Virus record (IMG/VR): IMGVR_UViG_3300025725_000003
Span: 1-57,361 of that record
DNA length: 57,361 bases
Strand: one strand, 5' to 3'
Origin: a virus
Lineage: Duplodnaviria > Caudoviricetes
Position numbers and translations under genes: made by a program. The notes under the pieces are model-generated. The model did not search any database. It saw nothing but the letters and a program-made list of their open reading frames with translations, and had not been told where the DNA came from. Below, piece after piece: positions 48,809-57,193 of this stretch; position 1 is the first letter of the stretch; each line of letters starts with the position of its first letter.

Positions 48809-49974
48809 TGTATTACAAGTTTGACAGTCGGCTTATAATACAAAAAAAAGGGGGCAATAAATATTATTTTCATGTCGTGAGTGCAACGACTGACCACATC
48901 TACCCCTTTTCTATCCCAGTCGCGAGTATCGAGGTTATCGCAAATTCAGGCAAGCTCGATTATTTAACCATTGTGCGGTTCGATGATATAGTTCGGTACC
49001 AAGTATCTGTCCAGTATTCTCCAAATGAAAGAGCAGTCTGGCAAGATCTATTTGAGGGAAGGGTACTGACGATCCGGGCGCAATACGGGAGCGGGTCAAC
49101 TGCAACTATAATATGTTCAGGACATGCAGCGGAAACATCCTATGCGATTCTGTCGGAGGCCACAACGTATGCTAGCGCCACCGACTTAGCTTCTATAATC
49201 AATCATTATTCCTTTACTTATCTGAATCGCACACAAGTATTATTGCTAGAAGGTACGGGCATCACTGCCCCATATTCAACAAAAATAAACCAAAAATATG
49301 TTAAAGATATATTTTTAGATTTTGAGAAACTGTCCGGATATTCGTGGGCTTTTATTGCTCGCCCGACGTATGATGCTCAACACAATTTAATTACGCCGTG
49401 CCCCATCGAATTCAAACCGTTTTCCACAGTTCCGACTGATAAATATAAAGCTATCCAGGGGACACCAAGGCTTCTTTCTGCGGATTTCACCTCAGACGGT
49501 CAAAATGTATATACAAAAATAGTTGAGTATGGTAAAACGCCGGACGCCATCGCACCCGCAACCGAAGGAGTCCAGTACACGGGAACGGCAATTGACAGCG
49601 CCGCAGTCGCGTTATACGGCACCCGAACACTTGTAGAAACGGACACGGGCTTGGAAAGTAATGCCTTATGCGCTAGATTCGCAGAATATTATCTACCGCA
49701 CATCAAAAGTCCACGGGTGGCGGGATCCGTAACGCTCGAGGGCACGCCACAAGCATGCATCGGGGATCGAGTGACCACTAAAATACCTATGATAGACATC
49801 AACGGGGAACCATTAGATCCTAATTATCCTGTTCTCCGCGTCCATCATGAGGTAAGTTATGACTCATTTGAAACAACTTTGACATTAGGGGAAACTGTAG
49901 AAAAAGACTCTGAAGATTATCTTGTAGAATTCGCACGGAAAAACAGATTAGTATTATCAAATTTCATCACATAA
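48805..49974 (+). CDS. Baseplate hub/Tal-like tail protein
   Basis: LFEGRV, D...VALYG.R, G.P...IGD.V, V.H......TTLTLG. Confidence 0.75.
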   Translation: MMYYKFDSRLIIQKKGGNKYYFHVVSATTDHIYPFSIPVASIEVIANSGKLDYLTIVRFDDIVRYQVSVQYSPNERAVWQDLFEGRVLTIRAQYGSGSTATIICSGHAAETSYAILSEATTYASATDLASIINHYSFTYLNRTQVLLLEGTGITAPYSTKINQKYVKDIFLDFEKLSGYSWAFIARPTYDAQHNLITPCPIEFKPFSTVPTDKYKAIQGTPRLLSADFTSDGQNVYTKIVEYGKTPDAIAPATEGVQYTGTAIDSAAVALYGTRTLVETDTGLESNALCARFAEYYLPHIKSPRVAGSVTLEGTPQACIGDRVTTKIPMIDINGEPLDPNYPVLRVHHEVSYDSFETTLTLGETVEKDSEDYLVEFARKNRLVLSNFIT

Positions 49975-49997
49975 CGCAAAAAAGGAACAGACGGGTA

Positions 49998-50663
49998 TTA
50001 AAAATTACCTGTCTGGATATTGACTTTGTTTTTAATATATTTATTATTGGTTAGTATACTTGGGATAGCCTTAACCTTTATCCCAATCACGCAATTAGAG
50101 AACGTGTTGCCGGATATCTTGGTGCAGTAGGCGCCTTGAATTAATTCCAATCCAATCTTCGCCTTATAAAAAGTGTTTCCTGTCACGACATTATCTCTAC
50201 TAGCCGACGCAAGGTGTATTCCCCCGTTGGTGAACTGGTTGTTTATGAAGTTGTTGTTCCCCCAGTTGTCTGCGAGACCCACGACTCCACAGTTTACGAA
50301 GTAATTGTTCTGGATAGTATTACTACCGAAAGACCCACCGATGATACCGTACTTAGTGATCCTGAATCCGTTTATGTTTGCAGCCCCCAACGCTTTTGTA
50401 CTCTGACCCATCACAAATCCATAAACGGTGGGGTACTTACCAGGCTGGCCTACAAAGTTGACGTGGTTCTCGGTTATAAACACTCTTTCGGGGTAAGTGC
50501 CGGCCAATACATTAATTGTATCACCATCGTGAGCAGCATTAACAGCGCTTTGCACGGTTTTATATGCTGCCTTTGGACCGACAGTCAGACTTGCAGCAGA
50601 CGCCGCGCTGACCAATAAGGTGAGAATCAATATCAATGATATTATATATTTTCCGTTTGTCAT
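49998..50663 (-). CDS. Secreted NosD-type beta-helix protein
   Basis: Signal peptide; Y.TVQ.AVNAA..GDTI.V..GTY.E cap; N.F repeats. Confidence 0.8.
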   Translation of the reverse strand: MTNGKYIISLILILTLLVSAASAASLTVGPKAAYKTVQSAVNAAHDGDTINVLAGTYPERVFITENHVNFVGQPGKYPTVYGFVMGQSTKALGAANINGFRITKYGIIGGSFGSNTIQNNYFVNCGVVGLADNWGNNNFINNQFTNGGIHLASASRDNVVTGNTFYKAKIGLELIQGAYCTKISGNTFSNCVIGIKVKAIPSILTNNKYIKNKVNIQTGNF

Positions 50664-50698
50664 TTTACTTCCCCTCTTTTGTTAAACGCTACTTCAAT

Positions 50699-50911
50699 TC
50701 AATTTGTGAACCAGTGAATTATATAATCATTAAATTGGTATACGGATCGAAGCGGCTGGTCTGATGTTGAAGCGATAAACGACAACAACTGACCGCAAAT
50801 CATAATAATAAAAAAAACCTCAACCCCTAATATCCAATATTCTATACTTTTAAATTGTTTTTCTAAGACCTCGATTCTTTTCTGTAGATCGTCTTCTGGT
50901 ATTTCACTCAC
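50699..50911 (-). CDS. Small single-TM protein
   Basis: Short coiled coil followed by a TM helix. Confidence 0.5.
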   Translation of the reverse strand: MSEIPEDDLQKRIEVLEKQFKSIEYWILGVEVFFIIMICGQLLSFIASTSDQPLRSVYQFNDYIIHWFTN

Positions 50912-51206
50912 TTGTGTTCCCTCTGTTGTTTCATTTTACTCCCCCCAATTTTATTAATCGTCTATCTAACCTAATATGTATAGTTCCTGCTCTTGAACCG
51001 TCAATTTATCAAATTCGTTTAAGAATTCCACGATGCTGAGGGTATGCGAGATCGATATAAGTTGTTCGAGACTCATATTTTTATCCCCAAATCATTTTTC
51101 CGAGTATGAATATTGCTATTGTTAAAACAATATCCCATTTGTCCATGTTCTCATCTTCGTATACAAACATTTTGAAAGGCGTTCATCTTGGCGCCTTTCG
51201 TTTTAT

Positions 51207-51240
51207 TGCTATACTAATACTAGGCATTCATACAATATAA
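51207..51240 (-). promoter_or_regulatory. Conserved early promoter copy 1 (TATA...TGCCTAGTATTAGTATAGCA)
   Basis: 20-bp motif repeated at 51485 and 56221. Confidence 0.75.
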
Positions 51241-51246
51241 GGATAT

Positions 51247-51465
51247 CTATGAGATACCCATCTGATGTATTCCTGCCCCACTGATGTGTATATCATCGTC
51301 GTGTTTTACAACGTCTTTCAGTAGTGCAAATCTACCGCATTTTGGGCATTTTACTTTACTTTTTACCAACGCTCTGATATTTTCGTCGGCTTTATCCGAT
51401 GCCATGTAATACCCTATGCAGAGAGCACCACATTGACATGAGTAGAGACAGTCATATTTTGACAT
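51247..51465 (-). CDS. Zn-finger protein
   Basis: CQCG...CPKCG. Confidence 0.65.
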   Translation of the reverse strand: MSKYDCLYSCQCGALCIGYYMASDKADENIRALVKSKVKCPKCGRFALLKDVVKHDDDIHISGAGIHQMGIS

Positions 51466-51484
51466 GTTTTCGCTCCTTTTGTTT

Positions 51485-51520
51485 TGCTATACTAATACTA
51501 GGCATATATCGTATATAAAG
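51485..51520 (-). promoter_or_regulatory. Conserved early promoter copy 2
   Basis: TTTATATA + TGCCTAGTATTAGTATAGCA on the minus strand. Confidence 0.75.
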
Positions 51521-51611
51521 TTACTGGCTGTAACGTTTCATGCACCCGTCTGGTAATGTTGAGCGCGTGCGTATAGTAACGCTTAAATATAAAAAGGTGT
51601 ATCTATCATAT

Positions 51612-51878
51612 ATGGGAGCAAAACAGATTAGGATAAATCAGAATACATTGGACGAAATAAGAGAGATTAGTCAAACACTAGGAGACACTACAGACGATGT
51701 TACCATACGGCTTATATTAGCCGAGTACAGACGGTTGAACACAGAAACGGAATTGCTTAGCATGAAGTTGAGAGACTGCATGGCCGAGTACAGACAGTTA
51801 AGAACAGAAACGGAATTGCTACGAATGAAGTCGAAAGAGTCTGAGGAAACGTTCTTAGATTCTGCCATGCTAGAATAA
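51612..51878 (+). CDS. RHH-like regulator with duplicated coiled-coil segment
   Basis: KQIRINQNTLDEI...DDVTIRLIL; AEYR.L.TETELL.MK twice. Confidence 0.6.
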   Translation: MGAKQIRINQNTLDEIREISQTLGDTTDDVTIRLILAEYRRLNTETELLSMKLRDCMAEYRQLRTETELLRMKSKESEETFLDSAMLE

Positions 51879-51948
51879 TTAGAATAAAAATCTATAAGTA
51901 AGATGTTGTATTATACTTTCTAACTCTATAAACCGGACGGTTATAATT

Positions 51949-52866
51949 ATGAAACGAATATCCTCTATATTGGCTATTTTCCTTGTGATCTCCTCGGTTG
52001 CAATAGTTGCAGTCTCAGCAGGGGCCCAGGAGAATGGAAACTTGACTATTAATGTCACTCCTACCGCAGAACCAACGCCCGATACTACCGCCAATGCGTC
52101 TGACGGGAATGATGATAATACACAAGCCGATGTTACGAATGGTACCGGTGCAACAGTTACGCCAAAACCCGTAAACAACGGAACCACGGCAACAGTTACT
52201 CCGAAACCAAACAGTAACGCAACTGTTACCCCGAAACCAACAACAGTGCCAGTCACTCCAAAACCAACAACGGTAACAGTTAATCCAAAACCGAACAGTA
52301 ATGCAACTGTTACCCCGAAACCAACAACAGTGCCAGTCACTCCAAAACCAACAACGGTAACAGTTAATCCAAAACCGAACAGTAATGCAACAGTTACTCC
52401 GGAACCAACAACTGTGACAGTCATCCCAAAAACAACCCCGGGCAAAATCATACCTGCCCCAGTGAGTATCAAAAAGACTATTATAATATCCAAAACCAGC
52501 CCCGTTGACAAGGTTACCGCCGTCAACCCTAGTGAAGTCAAGTACGCGGATATCAACAACGAAGGAGTTCAGATCAGCGCCTTACACCCATTGAGTGATG
52601 GAGTGGAATATGTGAGTATAACAAATTATAATGCCTTCACAGCACACCTGGAAGGGTATAAAATACACGAAATGACGTGTAATAACACAATCGTATTCAA
52701 AGATATTGATGTCCTCCCTGGACACACACTGAAAGTATACACCGGTAGTCACCCTGACGGTCGGGATGTAGTCGGTACACACAAATTGCATCACATCTAC
52801 ACGCAACACGACACAGTTAAATTAATATGCGCGTGCGGGAATGTAATCTCTACATTTAAACAGTAA
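51949..52866 (+). CDS. Secreted Thr/Pro-rich glycoprotein with C-terminal lamin-tail-like domain
   Basis: Signal peptide; many N-x-S/T sequons; EYVSITN.....L.GY.I.....F...L.PG.TLKVYTG. Confidence 0.75.
   Translation: MKRISSILAIFLVISSVAIVAVSAGAQENGNLTINVTPTAEPTPDTTANASDGNDDNTQADVTNGTGATVTPKPVNNGTTATVTPKPNSNATVTPKPTTVPVTPKPTTVTVNPKPNSNATVTPKPTTVPVTPKPTTVTVNPKPNSNATVTPEPTTVTVIPKTTPGKIIPAPVSIKKTIIISKTSPVDKVTAVNPSEVKYADINNEGVQISALHPLSDGVEYVSITNYNAFTAHLEGYKIHEMTCNNTIVFKDIDVLPGHTLKVYTGSHPDGRDVVGTHKLHHIYTQHDTVKLICACGNVISTFKQ
52201..52420 (+). repeat. 84-bp in-frame tandem repeat (about 2.6 copies)
   Basis: PKPNSNATVTPKPTTVPVTPKPTTVTVN repeated. Confidence 0.9.
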
Positions 52867-52873
52867 AAAAGTA

Positions 52874-52933
52874 GGACGGCTCAGATTTGAGCCATCTAAT
52901 TTCAACACTTCTTTTTTTCTTTTTTTCTTTTTA
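52874..52933 (+). terminator. Hairpin plus oligo-T terminator
   Basis: GGCTCA-GATT-TGAGCC stem followed by long T tracts. Confidence 0.6.
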
Positions 52934-53075
52934 TTCCGTGCAGTATGTGCCGCAAGCGCAAATATATTATACGGTAGTGTTTAAATACATCACCGTATAA
53001 TATATAAGCGGTGATTTTATAAAAGCAATAATTAACAATATCGAATGTGATACTTCCAAAGACTATAGATTTCCT

Positions 53076-53861
53076 ATGTCATTGACTAGTGGGCATGTTT
53101 ACAAAAACGGATCCACTTTTTATGTGAAGGGTAGTCGACCAGTAAGTGATAACTACAACAGTGAAAAGTTCTCTATGGTTGTAGAAGGGGACTATACCTT
53201 CGACGAAGAAACCGAAACTGTGGTAAAAGAAAAAGACTGTATAAATGAACGGACTGAATATATCTCTTTTGTTTCTCCTACTGAATTAGTTAATCTATTC
53301 ATTGAGGAAATTAACAATACAGCAGTTATCATAAAAGATGCTGAGTTATTCTTGAAGTATCCAATTATTACAACTGGGATTTCGCATGTATATTTAGATA
53401 ACTGCATTGCTCACTGTGAAGGGGAACACTCTGGATTTGTGAATATATCTGGAACTCGCGGAGGCGAAGGATTTACTCCCGACGAAAAAAAGTACTTCCA
53501 TAAAAATCTAGAGTTCGTAGTTTCCAAGGCCACAACGATGTCAAATAATCATATAATTCCTGCAAAATACATAAAATACGGTTCCCAGAATAAAAAAGAT
53601 CAGTTGACTAGAGAATTTTGGCCTACAAATACAGAATTCCATTTAAAAGTTAACAAAGAAGACGAGGTTATTAATCTCGTCACGGATAAGCGTGGTTATC
53701 CCGGTTCATGCGGACCCAATAATAAAAATAGAAATTGTACTATAATCATCCACGGTGATTCTAATCCGACTGAAACGATTAGAGTAAAGAAGGGAGATAG
53801 TGTCATCGGTGTGCCGAAAGATCACGATATAGTCAACTATCGCGAAACGGGCCAGATGTAA
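53076..53861 (+). CDS. Hypothetical protein
   Basis: Isolated 261-codon ORF with its own upstream region and a T-tract terminator. Confidence 0.65.
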   Translation: MSLTSGHVYKNGSTFYVKGSRPVSDNYNSEKFSMVVEGDYTFDEETETVVKEKDCINERTEYISFVSPTELVNLFIEEINNTAVIIKDAELFLKYPIITTGISHVYLDNCIAHCEGEHSGFVNISGTRGGEGFTPDEKKYFHKNLEFVVSKATTMSNNHIIPAKYIKYGSQNKKDQLTREFWPTNTEFHLKVNKEDEVINLVTDKRGYPGSCGPNNKNRNCTIIIHGDSNPTETIRVKKGDSVIGVPKDHDIVNYRETGQM

Positions 53862-54126
53862 TCGAGACGCACAAAAATCAAAACTTCTTTTTTTCTTCTT
53901 TTTTTTTCATAACCCAATGGCTACAAAATAATAAAACGTAGCCATTTTCCACTAATTAACCTACAAACCTAAGAAAACGGAGCCTTGATAAGTCTGTGAT
54001 TTTTTCAGATGGCTACCTTTTAACTTAAAACGTAGCCATACTTTCTATAAAAATAAACATCCTAATATAAAAATATCGGGATACTAACACCGATGTAAAC
54101 ATGTAATTTCATCAAAAATAGACTGA

Positions 54127-54456
54127 TCATTTATTGTCATTTTCAAAAGCGTCTTCATATTGATCCAAATAAATCTTCCCCGTATACCTCACTGTCCATA
54201 TCCCTGTAACTATAGCAGATTCAATATATCCCATATCAACCAGGTGACGGATAGTGCCATCTTTGACGCCGGTTAGGGCGCACCTAGAAAGCCAACCGCC
54301 CCGTATGGTTCGTTTGTAGATGTCCAACGTATCAAGGACATATTTTTGGTGATCAGTTAATATATACATTTCCTCCTCCATCTCGGGGAAACATATATCA
54401 TTTTCCGAAATCATAAATTTTTCGCCTGGGGTCACACGTGTTCCATTTTTAGACAA
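54127..54456 (-). CDS. Putative winged-helix protein
   Basis: LT..Q..VL...TIRHLVDMGYIE; start uncertain. Confidence 0.45.
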   Translation of the reverse strand: MSKNGTRVTPGEKFMISENDICFPEMEEEMYILTDHQKYVLDTLDIYKRTIRGGWLSRCALTGVKDGTIRHLVDMGYIESAIVTGIWTVRYTGKIYLDQYEDAFENDNK

Positions 54457-54675
54457 AGCACGGTTTAGATATATGCATGTCGCGAGATAGAAGAGAAATT
54501 GTTAACCAAAACCCGTTCCGGGGTGATTATATTATACTGTGTGATATTTTATTCTACACAAGATAAGTTTATATATTTAAGACATATATTATATATTGTC
54601 CTCAAAAACAGCGCTTTAACTACCCCTTTATTCACTCCAGAAAAAAACAATATATATCATGCGAAAAACAGTATA

Positions 54676-54790
54676 AAAAGACAAAGAGACTGAAAAACTC
54701 CACCACGTCCGGAGCTATCTAGACTTATTGTGTGGTTTCTAATTCAGTCTCCTAAGTTGTCTTTTGGTTCTCATCAGGTCCCACCCTGAT
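54676..54790. ncRNA. Candidate structured small RNA
   Basis: AAAAGACAA/TTGTCTTTT and GAGACTGAA/TTCAGTCTC nested stems plus an ATCAGG/CCTGAT hairpin in an intergenic region. Confidence 0.35.
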
Positions 54791-54946
54791 AAGTTCCAAT
54801 ACTACTTTTTTATATCACTACTTACATTTATAGTTAATCGGATTTTATTTCTTCAAATAGTATAATTATGATGTATACTATATTATTATACGATTGGTAT
54901 AATATTATACGATTGATATTTTAAAAAATAAAAAAGTAATTATTTA

Positions 54947-55630
54947 TCAGTTCATATCTTGCGCTGGATTGATTATCTCAGCCTTATCTCGACTAAGCTT
55001 GAACCACATATGAGCAGATGGGATATTAAGCGTGAAGTTATACTCGTCCTCATCAATGATAAGCACTTTACTTCCGGTAGTTATGACAGTGTTTACTTTC
55101 TTCCACTGCATGAATCTCATTGATTTCCCCACCATCTCCGGGGGATATGCTATAGGGAGTTCGATCCCAAACCTATCCGGGTATTCTTCCGCTTTTGCGG
55201 TTGAGTTATGTTTTGCTTTTTTTGTATGTGTTTTTTTAACTTCACCTGGGTTCGTATATTCTTTTTTTGCAGGGACTTTTATTTCGGGGGGCGCCGGTGT
55301 TTCAATTACTTCAGCAGGAATCTCCGGCGCTACAAACTCTATTTCTTTCAAGATGGCGCATAGTTCCCCAGCGACCCCACGGTGTACAATCTCATTCCAT
55401 TCATCCGCAAAATAAACAATATCTTTTTTTATTAGCTCTGGGATTCCTTTTGCCCCCAGCTTAAATACCCGCTTAGATAGCGGACCCCACACATCCCAGT
55501 CTTCGGTATCTATCCCAGTTATACGGAGATGGTAATTACTCGATAGGGGATAAGTTGGTATCCCCTCGCCGTTGATTGTTATGGTCTGGTGTATGTTCTG
55601 CATTTGTGAAAGGGTAGTTTCAAAGGTCAT
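54947..55630 (-). CDS. Hypothetical protein
   Basis: ATG at 55630 preceded by the AAACCGGAGCTAGAAAAC leader. Confidence 0.65.
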   Translation of the reverse strand: MTFETTLSQMQNIHQTITINGEGIPTYPLSSNYHLRITGIDTEDWDVWGPLSKRVFKLGAKGIPELIKKDIVYFADEWNEIVHRGVAGELCAILKEIEFVAPEIPAEVIETPAPPEIKVPAKKEYTNPGEVKKTHTKKAKHNSTAKAEEYPDRFGIELPIAYPPEMVGKSMRFMQWKKVNTVITTGSKVLIIDEDEYNFTLNIPSAHMWFKLSRDKAEIINPAQDMN

Positions 55631-55909
55631 GTTTTCTAGCTCCGGTTTCAAATTCTAATTATATGTTGACATTATTTTCTAACAAACCGTCTTCTCATAG
55701 TTCTCAGTCTGATAATATATGCCCTTTTGGCTATCGTAGAAAACGAATAGTGATAAGTAAGCGTTTCAAGGTGTTCAAGAATAGTCATGCGGTTTCCCCC
55801 CTTTCACTCAGAAACACTTGCAGATCTATACTTCCGTTTGCCAGGCACAAAAGCTCACTGTCCGAAAGTGCCCGATAATCAACTGATCCGGTGAGTTCAG
55901 TCCAGGGAT

Positions 55910-56185
55910 TCATTTAGAAAACCCCAGAACTGCATTCATTCTTCTTTCGAAATTCTCAATGTAGAATTTATGCTCTTTTGCGATCTCGCTAATCGTGATA
56001 AATTTAGGTTCTTCGAAGATCGACCCCGTTCTGATAGTGTTCCACCCATCGCCTTCGATAGATTCCTGCCAGATCCCATCCGTCAGAGTTCCAAGTATTG
56101 GGTTTAGTGTTTCAAGTTCTCTTACTTTCGAAATGACAAATTCCCCAAGGGTTAGGGGTTTAGCTTCTTGTATTTTCCTTTTCAT
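55910..56185 (-). CDS. Hypothetical protein
   Basis: GGAGCT leader and conserved promoter upstream. Confidence 0.65.
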   Translation of the reverse strand: MKRKIQEAKPLTLGEFVISKVRELETLNPILGTLTDGIWQESIEGDGWNTIRTGSIFEEPKFITISEIAKEHKFYIENFERRMNAVLGFSK

Positions 56186-56220
56186 ATTTTTAGCTCCGTT
56201 AGTTTTTGGGATTGCGTTTT

Positions 56221-56255
56221 TGCTATACTAATACTAGACACTTATACAATATAAA
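56221..56255 (-). promoter_or_regulatory. Conserved early promoter copy 3
   Basis: TGTCTAGTATTAGTATAGCA preceded by TTTATATTG on the minus strand. Confidence 0.7.
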
Positions 56256-56313
56256 GGTACCCATACGATTCCCTCTAGATACTTTTAAGTACTATTGATG
56301 TGTATAATACATC

Positions 56314-56526
56314 ATGGTAACTGAATGCATCAAGGTTTCCGAGAGTACAAAAAGGTACATTGACAAACGGAAAAAAGCCGGACAGCACACTAGCCGGGAT
56401 TCTGCATTAAGAGAGATAATCGAAGATGCAGAGAAGTATCGGGCGACAACGAGAGAAGGTGTCGCCGAACGAGTAAGGATGCAGAGAAGTATCGAGGCCC
56501 AGAAAACTGAAAAAGACGAAGATTGA
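56314..56526 (+). CDS. Ribbon-helix-helix regulator
   Basis: IKVSESTKRYIDKRK...SRDSALREII; divergent from the early promoter. Confidence 0.7.
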   Translation: MVTECIKVSESTKRYIDKRKKAGQHTSRDSALREIIEDAEKYRATTREGVAERVRMQRSIEAQKTEKDED

Positions 56527-56817
56527 TAACAACGGAAGAAAACTAAAGGAGCTATACAAAATGTCAAAAATAGATTTCACGTTTAAAGAATTGATGGGAA
56601 GAACACTCGTTGAAGAAATGTTTGAGGAGTTCGTAGACCGAACGTTTCCCACGGTAGAAGTTGGGGATTTTATTGAGGTGAATTAAATGGTATGTCCATA
56701 TTCACCATCCGGTAAAAATAAAGTTAAATGCGAATTGTATAACGAGTCGGCTGTGGTTTGCAACGTAACATCCATGTCTGATTTCTGTAGAAAGTTCAAG
56801 GAACTGGAGGGAGAATA

Positions 56818-57189
56818 ATGAAATGTTATTTCAAAGACCCACACCACGTCTCACTCCTGAAAAATGGCGAACAGAGACAAACTACCCGGAAAGCGAGTAC
56901 CATCAAAACAGGCGATACCTTAGAGTGCGTTTCGTGCGAAGGTGACGAGCTGATAGGTACTGCTATGGTAACGAGTGTAATAAAACTGCGTGGCGGGCTT
57001 GTCATTGAGCGACAGCGGGATACTACTCAAGACTCCTGGGCTATACGGGGGGGGTTCCCCAGTTTTGCCGACGCCGATAAATTCTTTTCGGATATATATG
57101 GTCTCGAATGGCAGGGCCTAGAGTTGGATGTGATTTATTTTGAAGGGGATTGGTTGGATGAGGACCCCGGGGGCCAGGAGGTGCTGTGA
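56818..57189 (+). CDS. ASCH-domain protein
   Basis: F...H..LLKNG..RQTTR...KTGD...IG.A.VT.V...A.RGGF.S. Confidence 0.75.
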   Translation: MKCYFKDPHHVSLLKNGEQRQTTRKASTIKTGDTLECVSCEGDELIGTAMVTSVIKLRGGLVIERQRDTTQDSWAIRGGFPSFADADKFFSDIYGLEWQGLELDVIYFEGDWLDEDPGGQEVL

Positions 57190-57193
57190 TGTA
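57072..57193 (+). repeat. Terminal direct repeat/circular overlap, copy 2 (filled insertion site)
   Basis: 121/122 identical to 1-122. Confidence 0.97.

Larger units (their letters stand above)
1..57071. mobile_element. Complete (circularised) tailed archaeal virus genome, probable Methanosarcinaceae host
   Basis: TerS/TerL, portal, gpF-like, protease, MCP, neck, tail tube, tape measure and hub genes in siphovirus-like order; terminal overlap 1-122 = 57072-57193; DUF1699-like and disaggregatase-like genes; T-rich archaeal terminators. Confidence 0.92.

Noticed and set aside
51879-52559. 226-aa minus-strand hydrophobic ORF
   Set aside because: Antisense shadow of the Thr/Pro repeat gene; the same applies to most minus-strand ORFs inside structural genes
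54499-54693. 64-aa plus-strand ORF
   Set aside because: TTG start, AT-rich promoter-like sequence, overlaps the hairpin; probably not coding
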